In this document: one piece after another, positions 12,030-24,184 of the stretch
How the letters are laid out: every line of letters starts with the position of its first letter
Position numbering within the stretch: position 1 is the stretch's first letter
NCBI GenBank assembly: GCA_964016885.1
Contig: OZ024743.1
Span: 235,228,001 to 235,292,000, forward strand
Source of the DNA: Eledone cirrhosa
Taxonomy: Eukaryota
Reading direction: 5' to 3'
DNA: 64,000 nucleotides
Translations under genes and position numbers: made by a program
The notes under the pieces: model-generated
Database searches by the model: none
What the model was told of the DNA's origin: nothing
Seen by the model: only the letters and a program-made list of their open reading frames with translations

Positions 12030-15000
12030 TCTAAAACAACTTATAGAAAAATCGGACTCATTTATAAGAAGACTCAGATGGCATGCTTTTCATTTTGATA
12101 ATAAATCTGATGCGAAAGAAAATAAATCCAATCTTGATAGAATCTTCAAATCCAAAAAGAATCCACCTTCCAACAAACTATTAATGGAATTTGAAAATGA
12201 GATTATCTCTATCATACAAAGCATTAAATTTAAGAAAAACCACTTTGTAGGCCAGGATTACCTAAAAAGCCTCAAAAATAATATAGAAAACTTTGAAAAA
12301 ACGGAAAAAATTCTTGTTAAATCAGATAAAACCAACAATCTTTACGGAATGCAAAAGGATAATTACAATGATCTTATATTGAAGGAATTAAGGAAGAATT
12401 ACAAAAGAGCAACCATTGATGACCTTGAAAAACTAAATACTGAAGCTTCTTATATAATGCAGGAATTAGGCATCGAAAATAGGACTCAACCCTTCATACC
12501 TAGGAAACCAAAAATTAATTTGAAGGACCATAAAAGAAATTTTGAAATTGAATTACCAGTTAGATTGATTGCACCATCTAAATCGGACCTTGGCATACTT
12601 AGCAAGAATATTTTAGATAGAATCATACCACAACTTAAGGAAATATCTTATTTAAAATTATGGAATGGGACTAATGAAGTTATTGACTGGTTTAAGGACA
12701 TTAAATATAAACATAACAATAAATTCATTCAATTGAATATTGCTAATTATTACTCATCTATCACTCCTAATCTACTTAATAAAGCCCTTACATATGCATT
12801 TAAATATACAGATTTAACTAGCAATAAAATGCACATTATCTTAACTGCACGTAAAACATTAATTAAATTTAGCAACCACCTTTGGAATAGAGCAGATAAG
12901 GATAACAATTTCGATATCACTATAGGGTCATCGAACTCGGTGCAATTAACGGATCTTGTGGGGATTTTTATTAACAATACTTTACATAGGAAAATACCGG
13001 AGTTTACCGGTGGTTTATATCGTGATGATATGCTATTACTTATTGAAAATAATAATTGTGAAATAAATAGGAAAAGAAAAGAAATTATACAATTTTTTAA
13101 TAACGTTAATCTTAAAGTAGAAGTAGAGAATAATTATAAAATAGATAATCTTTTAGATGTAAATTTAAACCTTAATACTGGTCTTTATTATCCATTTCAT
13201 AAAATAAATGAGAATTTAAACTATGTTAACTTTAATTTCAATCACCCCAGATCCGTTAAAAACACTATTGTAAATTCTGTGCAGCAACGCATTTCTAGAA
13301 TTTCAGAGAATAAAAATATATTTGAAGATAAGGCACAATATTATAACGAAGCGTTAGGTAGAGCAGGCTATAGTAATGAAATTAAATACATTGACAATAA
13401 GGATGTGCCAATTAACCATAACTATAAATATAATTATAATAGGAAACCTTGCACTAACTCGAAAACCAAAAGAAAAAAATAGAACTAGAAATATATTCCC
13501 CTTTCTCATTAAGTATTAAAACTCCTATAGCTAAATTATTCTTTAAAGCTCTAGATAAGTGCTTTCCTAAGACACACAGGTATTACTCAATTTTTAACCG
13601 ACATACTATTAAACTCTCATATTCCACCACTATGAATTTAGCACAGAATATTAATAGAATTAATAATAGAAACTTAAAACCTAACCAGAATAGCATTAAT
13701 ACCCCTAGCAATATCCAATATAATGTTACGGCTCCTAATAATATAAATTCAGATAAATGTAATTGTAAAAATAAATCTAACTGTCCTCTAAATAATAATT
13801 GTTTAGTTAAAAATATACTATACAATTGTAATGTCAAAACAAATGAAAACTCCTTTAACTATGTAGGCTCTACTTCCACAGACTTCAAATCTCGTTTTAA
13901 TAACCATAAATGTTCCTTTACGAATATTGGTAAACAATCTTCAACTTCTCTATCTAACTTATTATGGGACTTTAAATCCAAGAATATTAACTATTCTTTA
14001 CTTTGGAAAATTATTTCCAAAGCTCCCTCATACACTGCTTTATCCAAAAATTGCTCACTTTAACTTGAAGAAATATTCTTTATACTAAAAAGTAAGAACT
14101 CTATTAATTTGCGAAATAATTTATTTAGTTCCTGTAAACATCGTTTAAACTCAACTTTTAAATATATATATAAAATGTAATATATGATTTATCTCCTTTA
14201 CATAATCTTTTCTATATCTATATATGATTCATATATATTTAATTTACTTTCTATTATCTCTACCTCATATATATACTATATACTTTATATTATTACACCT
14301 ATCGATAGATTATAAAATATAAAATTTTTTTATATGACTGCTTGAAACTCCCTTAAGAAAAATATTTCTTGAAAAACTTACGGAAGGTTTTAGGAAAAAT
14401 CTTTTGAAAATTCCTTTGAAAGATATAGAAAAAACATTATTTTCATACCTTCCAATATTTTTATATTTTTATATCTTCAAACGTTTTTAATCCAAATGTT
14501 TATATTTATGTGGAAAAACATGATTTTTATATATAGGTTTTTTATATATATGTGGAATAACCTATGGTTTATGCTTTAAATATATTCTTAAGATACATTT
14601 TTTATTTTTTTATTTTTTAACTTTATAGCAAGTAAATTTATGACTTTGTATAAAATAACATATGGTTCATGTTTTAATTATATTCTTAAGATAAAAAATG
14701 TTTAACTTTTTAACTTTTTAACACTTAATCCTTGGAATCATCTGAGATCTTAAAAAAATCACTTCTAACTTCCTTTACACTTCCTTACTGTTTTTATAAT
14801 ATAATTAAGTGGTTATTCCTTTGTAAACTCTCGTAAATTTTTCATAAATTTAGAATTATTTGGATGTTTAAATTTTGACTTACAACTTTTAATAAAATAA
14901 ACTATACTAGATTTTCTCTAATGTAAAGTACTATATATTTATTTAAATAATTTATAATCCTTAACATACACATTTAAACTAATTATTAATATTAAATTAT

Positions 15001-15595
15001 TAAATTAAATCTTTAATATTAAGGCAAATTTTAATCTTTAAATTTGATTTCTAATTTTTAATTTTAATCTAATTTTTCAACCTATCATTATAAGTATTAT
15101 AATCAAAACGTAATAAACCCTGCATTATAAATATTATTCTTCCACATTAATCTTATTTCTTCTTTCACTTAGATATATTACGCTGTGTATATTTATCCTT
15201 TGAAACTTATTTCTTCATTCACTCTATCTTCACTATCAATATATATAATCGTTCTTTCTTTCCTCTTCTATCTTTCTCCTTTTTTTCTCTCTCCCTTACA
15301 TATCATCTTCTTCCAACAGTTTAATTTAAATAAACCGTTATCTTTTCAACCTTTCGGACACTCATTTGTATACTCACTCATAACTTTGTATTACCCTCAA
15401 TAAATGTATTATCTCCACTATCCAGGAAGCTCCAACCGTTAAGGTTGTCTTTTTTTCGGGTATGTCAATATTTATTTATAAAACAAATCTGTATTTTATC
15501 TGATGAAAGCGCACCATAATTTGCCTTGGATGCCCTTGAAATATGTATAATAAAATAAATATGGTTTTATAAATATAGTTTCCATTTATTAATAT

Positions 15596-15600
<5 letters not shown>
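12030..15600 (+). mobile_element. Penelope-like element 1 (Naiad-like), 5'-truncated and disrupted; RT + GIY-YIG + 1.4-kb 3' UTR with HHR
   Basis: FIRRLRW, SDKT, LKDHK, YYSSI, ITIGS and GLYRDD motifs. Frameshifts near 13480-13500. GIY-YIG region NILYNC..YVGSTS..FKSRFNNH with a stop at 14061-14063; frame ends 14180. Element ends in (TA)n. Confidence 0.9.
15492..15557 (+). ncRNA. Type I hammerhead ribozyme in PLE1 pseudo-LTR
   Basis: tattttat-CTGATGA-aagcgcacc...ggatgccctt-GAAA-tatgta-TA-ataaaata. Stem I is 8 bp; stem III is minimal. Confidence 0.85.
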
Positions 15601-15658
<58 letters not shown>

Positions 15659-16119
15659 ACGTGGCAGCTTATATACATTATTTTATTATGAGTTAAGACT
15701 ATTGATTTTTTTCCCTGGATTTCACAAAATCTGTGGATAAAATTTCTGTCTTGACTTTTTTTGAATTGAGTTTGAATTATTTTCCCATATCTTACGTTAA
15801 ATATTTTCCATCTTGACGTTATAGTCACTTATATATTATGAAATACTGTTGGCTTCTTGCTCACATTAATTTTTCTATTTTCATTTTTATATATATATAT
15901 ATATATATCATCACCATCATCATCATCATCATTTTAAGTACGCTTCTCCCTGCTTGCATCAACATTATAAACAACGAGATTGTTTCTATGATAGAGTAGT
16001 CTAAAAATTGCTAAACACTGAAGATAGTACCGTACGCTTAAACTATCCATCATAAGTGGTTTTCACAAACTCTTATCGGATTACCTTTAACGATATATTG
16101 TTACCCCCCCCCCCCCCCA

Positions 16120-16150
<31 letters not shown>

Positions 16151-16260
16151 TTAGTTATGTAATAAACAACATAAGATAATTATTTCATTTACCGGTGGTT
16201 TCTTGAAGGCAGATATTTATATCTGTCGTCAGAATGAATATATATATATATATATATAAT

Positions 16261-16590
16261 GGAGGCACATGGCTTACTGGTTAGAGCATTGGCCTTGTAA
16301 TCGAAAGGTTGTGAGTTCAATTCTCAGACCGGGCGATGTGTTGTTTCCTTGAGCAAGACACTTTATTTCACATTGCTCCAGTTTACTCAGCTGTAGAAAT
16401 GAGATGATAGGGACCACTGCAAAGTGGTCGTGGAGGTGCCACGGCAAAAAAGCACCCAGCACTCACTGTAAATGAGGTTGGTGTTAGGAAGGGCATCCAG
16501 CTGTAGAAATCAAGCCAGAATCAGTTCCCGTCCCACCCTTGCAAGCAGCGAAAAGTGGACGTGAAATGAAATGATGATGATGAATGATGA
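16261..16590 (+). mobile_element. tRNA-derived SINE with CORE/V-like centre and RTE-derived tail
   Basis: A/B boxes (tggcttactggttagagc...gagttcaattc), ccttgagcaagacact core, tail ggttggtgttaggaagggcatccagc shared with RTE 3' UTRs, and (ATG)n end. Confidence 0.85.
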
Positions 16591-16671
16591 TATATAATAT
16601 ATATATGTAATTATAAATAAAATACTGGAGAGAAAAACAATAATGATTTATGAATACATATATTTTTAATG

Positions 16672-16761
16672 GCTGACAATTTGTTTCAAACACTAAATCC
16701 TTGATATGCAAAATCAGTATTAGTACGAGATAAATGTAGTATTTAGTGTTCTCATCAGAGC
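16672..16761 (-). ncRNA. Hammerhead ribozyme with long stem II (PLE pLTR remnant)
   Basis: Minus strand: gct-CTGATGA-gaacactaaat...atttagtgttt-GAAA-caaattg-TC-agc. Confidence 0.75.
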
Positions 16762-17054
16762 GGAAAGAAAACAATTTATAACATATTAATTCAAAAATCA
16801 AAACAGATCACCAAAGTGATAGACCTACAGTAAAGGTGGAATCTTGATATTAAAAAGGTACAAGTTATAAACCGTTAGAACCGCCACTTTTTGCTCTGCT
16901 TATAATAATTTTGCTACACTTCTTTCCATTTTCTCGCTTGGTTTGCTAGCCTAGCAATCTATACGCATCGAGCACACTAACCTTTTCTCTACTGGCTCGT
17001 AATCTGCATAAATAATCACCTTTCCTCCTCTTGATTGGTTTGCTAGCTTTTTAT

Positions 17055-17220
17055 TCGGGGGAGTCGGGCCGCTGATTGCGAGGTTCCTCTCTTCTCTGGC
17101 GGCTCGCCTAATAGAGGTAATGGCGAATCTCGTGAGGATGCCTGGTTGTTCCAGCGCATTAGCCTCGCCATCACCCGAGGCAACTCTGCGAGTGTGCTGG
17201 CTTGCCTCAAAAATCATTAG
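17055..17220 (+). mobile_element. CRE-like element C-terminal fragment
   Basis: FGGVGPLIARFLSSLAARL / GESREDAWLFQRISLAITRGNSASVL, homologous to 10710-10860. Confidence 0.7.
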
Positions 17221-17520
17221 AGAGGTTGTCCAGTACTCCTCGCTACGTTGCTGTCTTTTGCTTTGGTGTTGGCTTGGTTGTTCACCCCTTCCTTTACATT
17301 TTCTTTAATATTGTAACATTAGGAATATATCCTTCTGAAAGAATCGTGAGCAATTTATAATGTTTTCTAAGCATTTGTAATGTTATTTATGTATATATTT
17401 AAAACATATTTGTTATGTTATTCTACTGTAAAATTATTTATATATATACTGCATATACATATATATATAATGTAAATCAATGATATTAATAAATGGAAAC
17501 TATATTTATAAAACCATATT

Positions 17521-17582
17521 TATTCTGTTATATATATTTCAAGGGTACCAAAACTTTGGTACGCTGTCATCAGATAAAATAC
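17521..17582 (-). ncRNA. Hammerhead ribozyme (left arm of palindrome)
   Basis: Minus strand: gtattttat-CTGATGA-cagcgtaccaaagttttggtaccctt-GAAA-tatata-TA-acagaata. Confidence 0.75.
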
Positions 17583-17716
17583 AAAGCTTGTTTTATAAAT
17601 ATTGACATATCCAGGAATGAGACCTTAACGGTTCAAGTTTTACCTTGATAGTCAAGTAAAACTTGAACCGTTAAGGTCTCATTCCTGGTTATGTCAATAT
17701 TTATAAAACAAGCTTT

Positions 17717-17778
17717 GTATTTTATCTGATGAGAGCGTACCAAAGTTTTGGTACCCTTGAAATATATATAATAGAATA
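17717..17778 (+). ncRNA. Hammerhead ribozyme (right arm of palindrome)
   Basis: gtattttat-CTGATGA-gagcgtaccaaagttttggtaccctt-GAAA-tatata-TA-atagaata. Confidence 0.85.
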
Positions 17779-17926
17779 AATATGGTTTTATAAATATAGT
17801 TTTCATTTATTAATATCATTGATATTATACTCCAGAAAACTTGTCGAGTGCTTTGAATCTGTTATAAATATATATATTTGTTGAATTACCAACAAATTAA
17901 ATATTCCTTTGCTTATATATATATAA

Positions 17927-17959
<33 letters not shown>

Positions 17960-18109
17960 AATTGAAAAAGTGGAGAATAACATGGTCAACAGTACAAAAA
18001 AAGGGGATTTATTTGCAGTCTAACAATTGTTTCACTGATAGAGTTGTCTAAAAATTGCTGCACACTAAAAGCAGTGCCACTCAATTACCTATAACAATAT
18101 TTTGTTATC

Positions 18110-18217
<108 letters not shown>

Positions 18218-18727
18218 AATTAGAAAGTGAACAACACAAAATATAACTACTCCATTATAAAAGGTTTCTGGATCACAGACAATAATAATATACCTCTGGA
18301 TCGGTTGTCAAACAGAGATGTTATAGATAAAAGATATGAAATGAGATTTAAAATCAGTTAAAAATTGGAAGGGTAAGAAAAATAATATATAAAAAATAAA
18401 AATATAGAGCAATATAGAAAAAGACATATGTGTACATACATATACACATACACACATTCAGATAAAAGTAAAATATATATGTACATATGTATATCTGTAT
18501 CACATTTAAAAAAATGCAATTTCCTTTATTTCTTGCTTTGGCGATGTTTTAATCACAGCATATGTTAATAAGGTCAGGCAAATGATCCCAAATAGCAATG
18601 GGTAGGTTGTACTCAACAATAGATCCACGCAGAACATCCCAAGCAGAACATTGAGCAGGTTTTATGAAATCTGTCTCTTCATGCCTTACTATTTGACAAG
18701 CTTCCAGCTATCTCACAATAGTCCTAA

Positions 18728-18982
18728 ATAAATGAGGTCGTGTAGGTGTCACGACAAAAAAAACACACAGTCCACGCTGTAATGTGGCTGTGTAGGTAAC
18801 ACGGTAAAAACCTCCCAGTCCACACTGTAAATGTGGTTGGTGTTAGGAAGGGCATCCAGCCGTAGAAAACCTGCCAGACAGTCCTGAGCAAGACAACCAA
18901 TCTTGCCTCACATGGGACAATTCACATCTGAACCCATGCTAGCGTGGAAGATAGACGTTAAACGATGATGATGATGATGATG
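18728..18982 (+). mobile_element. RTE family A 3' UTR (5'-truncated copy)
   Basis: Matches 20655-20900; (GAT)n tail. Confidence 0.85.
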
Positions 18983-19019
18983 TATATGTGTATATACATG
19001 GGTGCATGTGTATGTATAT

Positions 19020-19370
19020 GCGCGGGGACATAGAAATAGTCAGGCTGGCACCCAATCGCGCGGTTAAATCACTGGGAGTGAAGGACCCCTAGCCTTTGTC
19101 AGGTCATTCTTCTAGGAGAAGGCAACTCAGGAAACTGGGATAACTCCGATATAAAACCTGCGGCTCAGTAGTTACCAATGATGTTGATCTTTTCTTCTTT
19201 TCGGGTTACAGCTACTGTCGCTAGGAAGTAGGATTGGCTCAGTGCACAGTCTTTTCTCACTTTAAAAAATATTTTTACACACAGGCATTGCACGATAGAA
19301 TTAATTAATAATTATTAATAATGTTATATCGTGCAATGGCCATACTCGATAACGAGGGAGCAGCCATCAT
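19020..19370 (+). mobile_element. Bipartite non-autonomous RTE-B derivative (SINE-like)
   Basis: RTE 5'UTR motif ttctaggagaaggcaactc. The 3' tail tcgtgcaatggccatactcgataacgagggagcagccatcat is nearly identical to the autonomous tail at 29764-29804. Confidence 0.75.
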
Positions 19371-19419
19371 GTATATATATATATGTGTATGTATATATAT
19401 ATATATATTTGTATATATA

Positions 19420-20899
19420 TGTATAAAGAAACAGTCAGCAAGGTTAGAATTAACAACGAATATAGTGAAGAGTTTAGCGTAAAAGTTGGTGTTCATCAAG
19501 GCTCCGTCCTTAGCCCCCTACTATTTATTATTGCCCTTCAGGCTATAACAGAGGAGTTCAAGACCGGCTGCCCATGGGAACTCCTATATGCAGATGATCT
19601 AACGCTCATAGCTGAATCAATGGCTGAACTAGAGAAGAAATTTCAAACATGGAAGCATGGCCTAGAATCAAAAGGCCTTAAAGTTAACTTGTCTAAGACT
19701 AAAGTTCTAGTTTGTAGGAAGGAAAATAGGGCACCGGTCCCATCTGGGAAATGGCCATGCTTAGTGTGTAGGAAAGGAGTAAGCAGAAACTCCATTTTAT
19801 GTCCCAAATGCAAAGTATGGGTGCATAAAAGATGTAGTGGGATCACAGGTAAGCTAACTAAGAATATAGATTTTATATGTGGCTGGTGCTCTGGTGCAAT
19901 AAGTAGCAGCAAGTGCCCACAGAATACTAGCTCATTCCATTGCACAGATGGTTCTATAGAAATAGTGGACAGCTTCCGTTACCTGGGTGACAAAATCAGC
20001 AGTGGGGAGGGTGCTCTGAAAGTACAGTAGCTAGAGTCAGAACGGGATGGAAAAAGTTCAGAGAGCTTATGCCACTATTGGTCGCTAAAGGGTTCTCTCT
20101 AAAAATGAAAGGCAGGCTGTATGATGCCTGCATACGAACAGCAATGTTACATGGCAGTGAGACCTGGGCATTGTGTGCAGAGGATATACGCAGACTGGAG
20201 AGAAATGAAGCTTGCATGCTCCGCTGGATGTGTAATAGTAATATACGTGAACGGCAAAGCATAAACGAACTAAGGGAGAAATTAGGAATAAGAGGGATCA
20301 GATGTTGTTTACTCGAGAGAAGACTACGTTGGTACGGTCACATGATGCGCATGAAAGACGACAGCTGTATAAAAAAGTGCAGGGCGATAAAAATAGATGG
20401 CAGGCCCAGAAAAACCTGGGACGACTTGATAAATTCTGACCTCACACACTTACACCTCTCCAAGACAATGTCACTGGACCGAGATCTTTGGCGCTACACA
20501 GTTATACAGAAGACCTGCCTTGCCTAAGTACAAAGCGAAACCTACAGTCAGTAGGCACCTCTAACAAAATACACCCCCATCCCACTACCCCCACCCCATC
20601 CACACCACCCCCTTAAATGTGAAGTTATGTTGGTACCACAACATCCAGTCCGAAACAAATGAGATCGTGTAGGTGTCACGACAATAAAACACACAGTCCA
20701 TGCTGTAATGTGACCGTGTAGGTAACACGGTAAAAACCTCCCAGTCCACACTGTAAACGTGGTTGGTGTTAGGAAGGGCATCCAGCCGTAGAAAACCCGC
20801 CAGACAGTCCTGAGCAAGACAACCAATCTTGCCTCAAGTGGGACAATTCCCGTCCAGACCCATGCTAACGTGGAAAATGGACGTTAAACGATGATGATG

Positions 20900-20901
<2 letters not shown>
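19420..20901 (+). mobile_element. RTE LINE family A, 5'-truncated, frameshift at ~20000
   Basis: GVHQGSVLSP and YADD motifs, a PHD-like insertion, FRYLG and RRLRWYGH motifs, 3' UTR and (GAT)n tail. Confidence 0.92.
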
Positions 20902-20930
<29 letters not shown>

Positions 20931-20949
20931 TGTATGTATATATATATAT

Positions 20950-21588
20950 GTCAGGTCACCAGTTGGTGCTACTGGTAACATGTATCCCAGTACAACCTGT
21001 CTCATGGTCGGGTCGTTGGCGACTAAACTGGCAACCCCACCAAGGTTTCTTGGTGAGGAGGGTGACTTTGGACATCCTGCAGGACTAAAAACAAAACCTG
21101 TCAAAGGGCAAAGGAGCTCTTAAGAGTCAATGGCCATCCAAAATCACCGGGAGAGATGACCCCTTTAGCCTTAGTCAAGGCAGAATTCTAGGAGAAGGAA
21201 AACTCTGATATAACACCTGCAACCCTGATGGTATCCAATGATGTTGACTTGTTCTTCTTTTTGGTAAATAGCATCTTGGTTAAGAGAGTGGGACTGGCTT
21301 TGTGCAGTGCCTTTGCTCACTATAAAAGCTTCACGGCACAGGCATTGCTTTATATCTGGAGATCTCTCTGCACTTGTCCTCACATGGGCCCAGCACTATG
21401 TGTCAATGATTGTCCTACCATGGGCCTAGCACTATGTGTCAATGGTTGTCACAGGTGTTGTGTTTGTACCAGAGGTTTCAAGTCGCTGGCTGGACTAAAA
21501 AGTCACACTCGTTCAGCGCTTCGGTAGGGGTTATCCTACATGGATGTAAAGTAGTGGCCGTACTCGAAAACGAGTTGGCAGCCACCAT
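20950..21588 (+). mobile_element. Bipartite non-autonomous RTE-B SINE, copy 1
   Basis: 5' RTE-UTR-like half (aattctaggagaaggaaaactctga). The 3' half encodes CCVCTRGFKSLAGLKSHTRS, matching the autonomous RTE-B C-terminus, followed by tail tggccgtactcgaaaacgag..gcagccaccat. Confidence 0.85.
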
Positions 21589-21984
21589 ATATATATGTAT
21601 GTATATATATATGTATGTATATATATATATATATATATATGTGTATGTACGTTATTCCGGGTTGAATCGGAGGTGACCACAGTAAGTAAGGTACTCAATA
21701 CATTGCAGAGTATAAAAGTTTTAATATAGATGAGATTCTACAGGACTAGAACTGTTTCATTCTTTAGAAATCATCATGTATGTGTATATATATATATATA
21801 TATGTATGTATATATATATTTGTATATATATGTATGTATATATATATATATATATATGTATGTATATATATATGCATGTATATATATATATGTATGTATA
21901 TATATATATGTATGTATATATATATATATGTATGTATATATATATATATATTTGTATATATATGTATGTATATATATATATATA

Positions 21985-24066
21985 TCATCATCATCATCAT
22001 CATCATCAACGTTTAACGTCCGTGTTCCACGCTTGCATGGGTTTGGACGGGGGTAGTCCCACTTGAGGCAAGAGTGATTGTCTTGCTCGCATAGGACTGT
22101 CTGGCAGGTTTTCTACAGTTGGATGCCCTTCCTAACACCAACCACATTTACAGTGTGGGTCTGGGAGGTTTTTACCGTGTTGCCTACACGGCCACATTAC
22201 AGCGTGGACTGTGTGTTTTTTTGTCGTGACACCTACACGATCTCATTTGTTTCGGCCTGGATGGCGCGGCACCAACATAACTTTACATAGAACGGGGTGG
22301 TGTGGATGGGGTGGGGGTGGTGGCGGGACGGGGTGTATTTTGTTAGAGATGCCTACTGGCAAGGCGGGTCTTCTCTGTTACTGAGTACCGCCAAAGGTCA
22401 CGGTCCAGTGACATTGTCTTGGAGAGGTGTAAGTGTGTGAGGTCGGAGTTTATCAGCTCATCCCATGTTTTTCTAGGTCTGCCTATTCCGTGGCTACCGT
22501 CTATCTTTATTGCCCTGCACTTTGTAATACAGCTATCGACTTTCATGCGCATCACGTGTCCATACCAACGCAGCCTTCTCTCGAGTAAACAACATCTGAT
22601 CCCTCTTATCTCTAATTTTTTCCTTAGTTCGTTTATGCTTTGCCGTTCACGTATATTACTGTTACACATCCAGCGGAGCATGCAAGCTTCGTTCCTCTCT
22701 AGTCTGCGTATATCCTTTGCACACAATGCCCAGGTCTCACTGCCATGCAACATTGCTGTTCGTATGCAGGCATCGTACAACCTGCCTTTCATTTTTAGGG
22801 AGAACCCTTTAGCAGCTAATAGTGGTATAAGCTCTCTGAACTTTTTCCAACCAGTTCTGACTCTAGCTACAGTACTTTCAGAGCACCCTCCCCCACTGCT
22901 GATTTTATCGCCCAGGTAACGGAAGCTGTCCACTATTTCTATAGAACCCTCTGCGCAATTGAAAGAGCTAGTATTTTGTGGGCACTTGCTGCTACTTATT
23001 GCACCAGAACACCGGCCACATGTAAAGTCTATGTTCTTAGTTAGCTTACCTGTGATCCCACTACATCTTTTATGCACCCATACTTTGCATTTAGGACATA
23101 AGATGGAGTTTCTACCTACGCCTTTCCTACATACCGAGCACGACCATTTCCCAGAAGGGACCGCCGCCTTGTTTTCTTTCCTACAAACTAGAACTTTGGT
23201 CTTAGCCAGGTTAATTTTAAGTCCTTTTGACTCTAGGCTGTGCTTCCATGTTTGGAATTTCTTCTCTAGCTCGGCCATTGATTCCGCTATGAGTGTCAGG
23301 TCGTCTGCGTATAGGAGTTCCCATGGGCAGCCGGTCTTGAACTCCTCTGTTATAGCCTGAAGGGCAATAATTAATAGTAGGGGGCTGAGAACAGAGCCCT
23401 GATGGACGCCAACTTTTACGCTAAACTCTTCACTATATTCGTTGTTAATTCTAACCTTGCTGACTGTTTCTTTATACATGGCTTGTATAGCCCTCACAAG
23501 CCATTCGTCAACGCCTAGTTTTCTAAGAGCCCACCAGATAATGGAGCGGGGGACTCTGTCGAAGGCTTTCTCCAGGTCGACAAAAGCTAAGTAGAGGGGT
23601 TTACCTTTAGCTAGGTACTTCTCCTGTAGTTGTCGTACTATGAAAAGAGCGTCTGTGGTGCTTTTGCCTGACACAAACCCGAACTGCATTTCATCTAGAT
23701 CAATTCTCTCTCTGATTAGTTGCGCTATTACTTTTTCCGTGACCTTCATGACCTGGTCGATTAATTTAATGCCTCTATAGTTACTCCTATCTAGGGCGTC
23801 TCCTTTACCCTTATAACAGTTAACGATGATGCTGCTATGCCAGTCCTTCGGAACAACCCCATTCTGTACGACTTGGTTAACTATGCGGGTGACCATGGTG
23901 TGTCCCACTGTGCCAGATGCCTTCAGCATCTCAGCAACTATTTCCGAAGGCCCAGCCGCCTTACCAGTCTTCATATCCTTGATTGCCTTACTTATTATAC
24001 TCCCCTCGACTAACACTGCTGGTCCCTCTATCAGGTCGATATGGGGGAGACTGTCTTTCTCCCATT
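21985..24066 (-). mobile_element. RTE LINE family A, 5'-truncated; 557-aa RT ORF at 22343-24016
   Basis: GKAAGP, NYRGI, QFGF, FVDLEKAFD, GVHQGS and YADD motifs, PHD-like insertion, 3' UTR and (GAT)n tail. Confidence 0.95.
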
Positions 24067-24098
<32 letters not shown>

Positions 24099-24136
24099 TG
24101 TATATATATGTATATATATATATATATATTTGTATA

Positions 24137-24175
<39 letters not shown>

Positions 24176-24184
24176 ATATATATA

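Larger units (their letters stand above)
17476..17823. repeat. 348-bp near-perfect palindrome made of two inverted PLE1-family pseudo-LTR pieces
   Basis: Arms are reverse complements around ~17650 with few mismatches. The sequence matches PLE1 3' end ~15430-15598. Confidence 0.92.

Noticed and set aside
16261-16335. tRNA gene (also at 31991)
   Set aside because: The tRNA-like head runs into a SINE core and RTE tail, with no proper acceptor stem or terminator.
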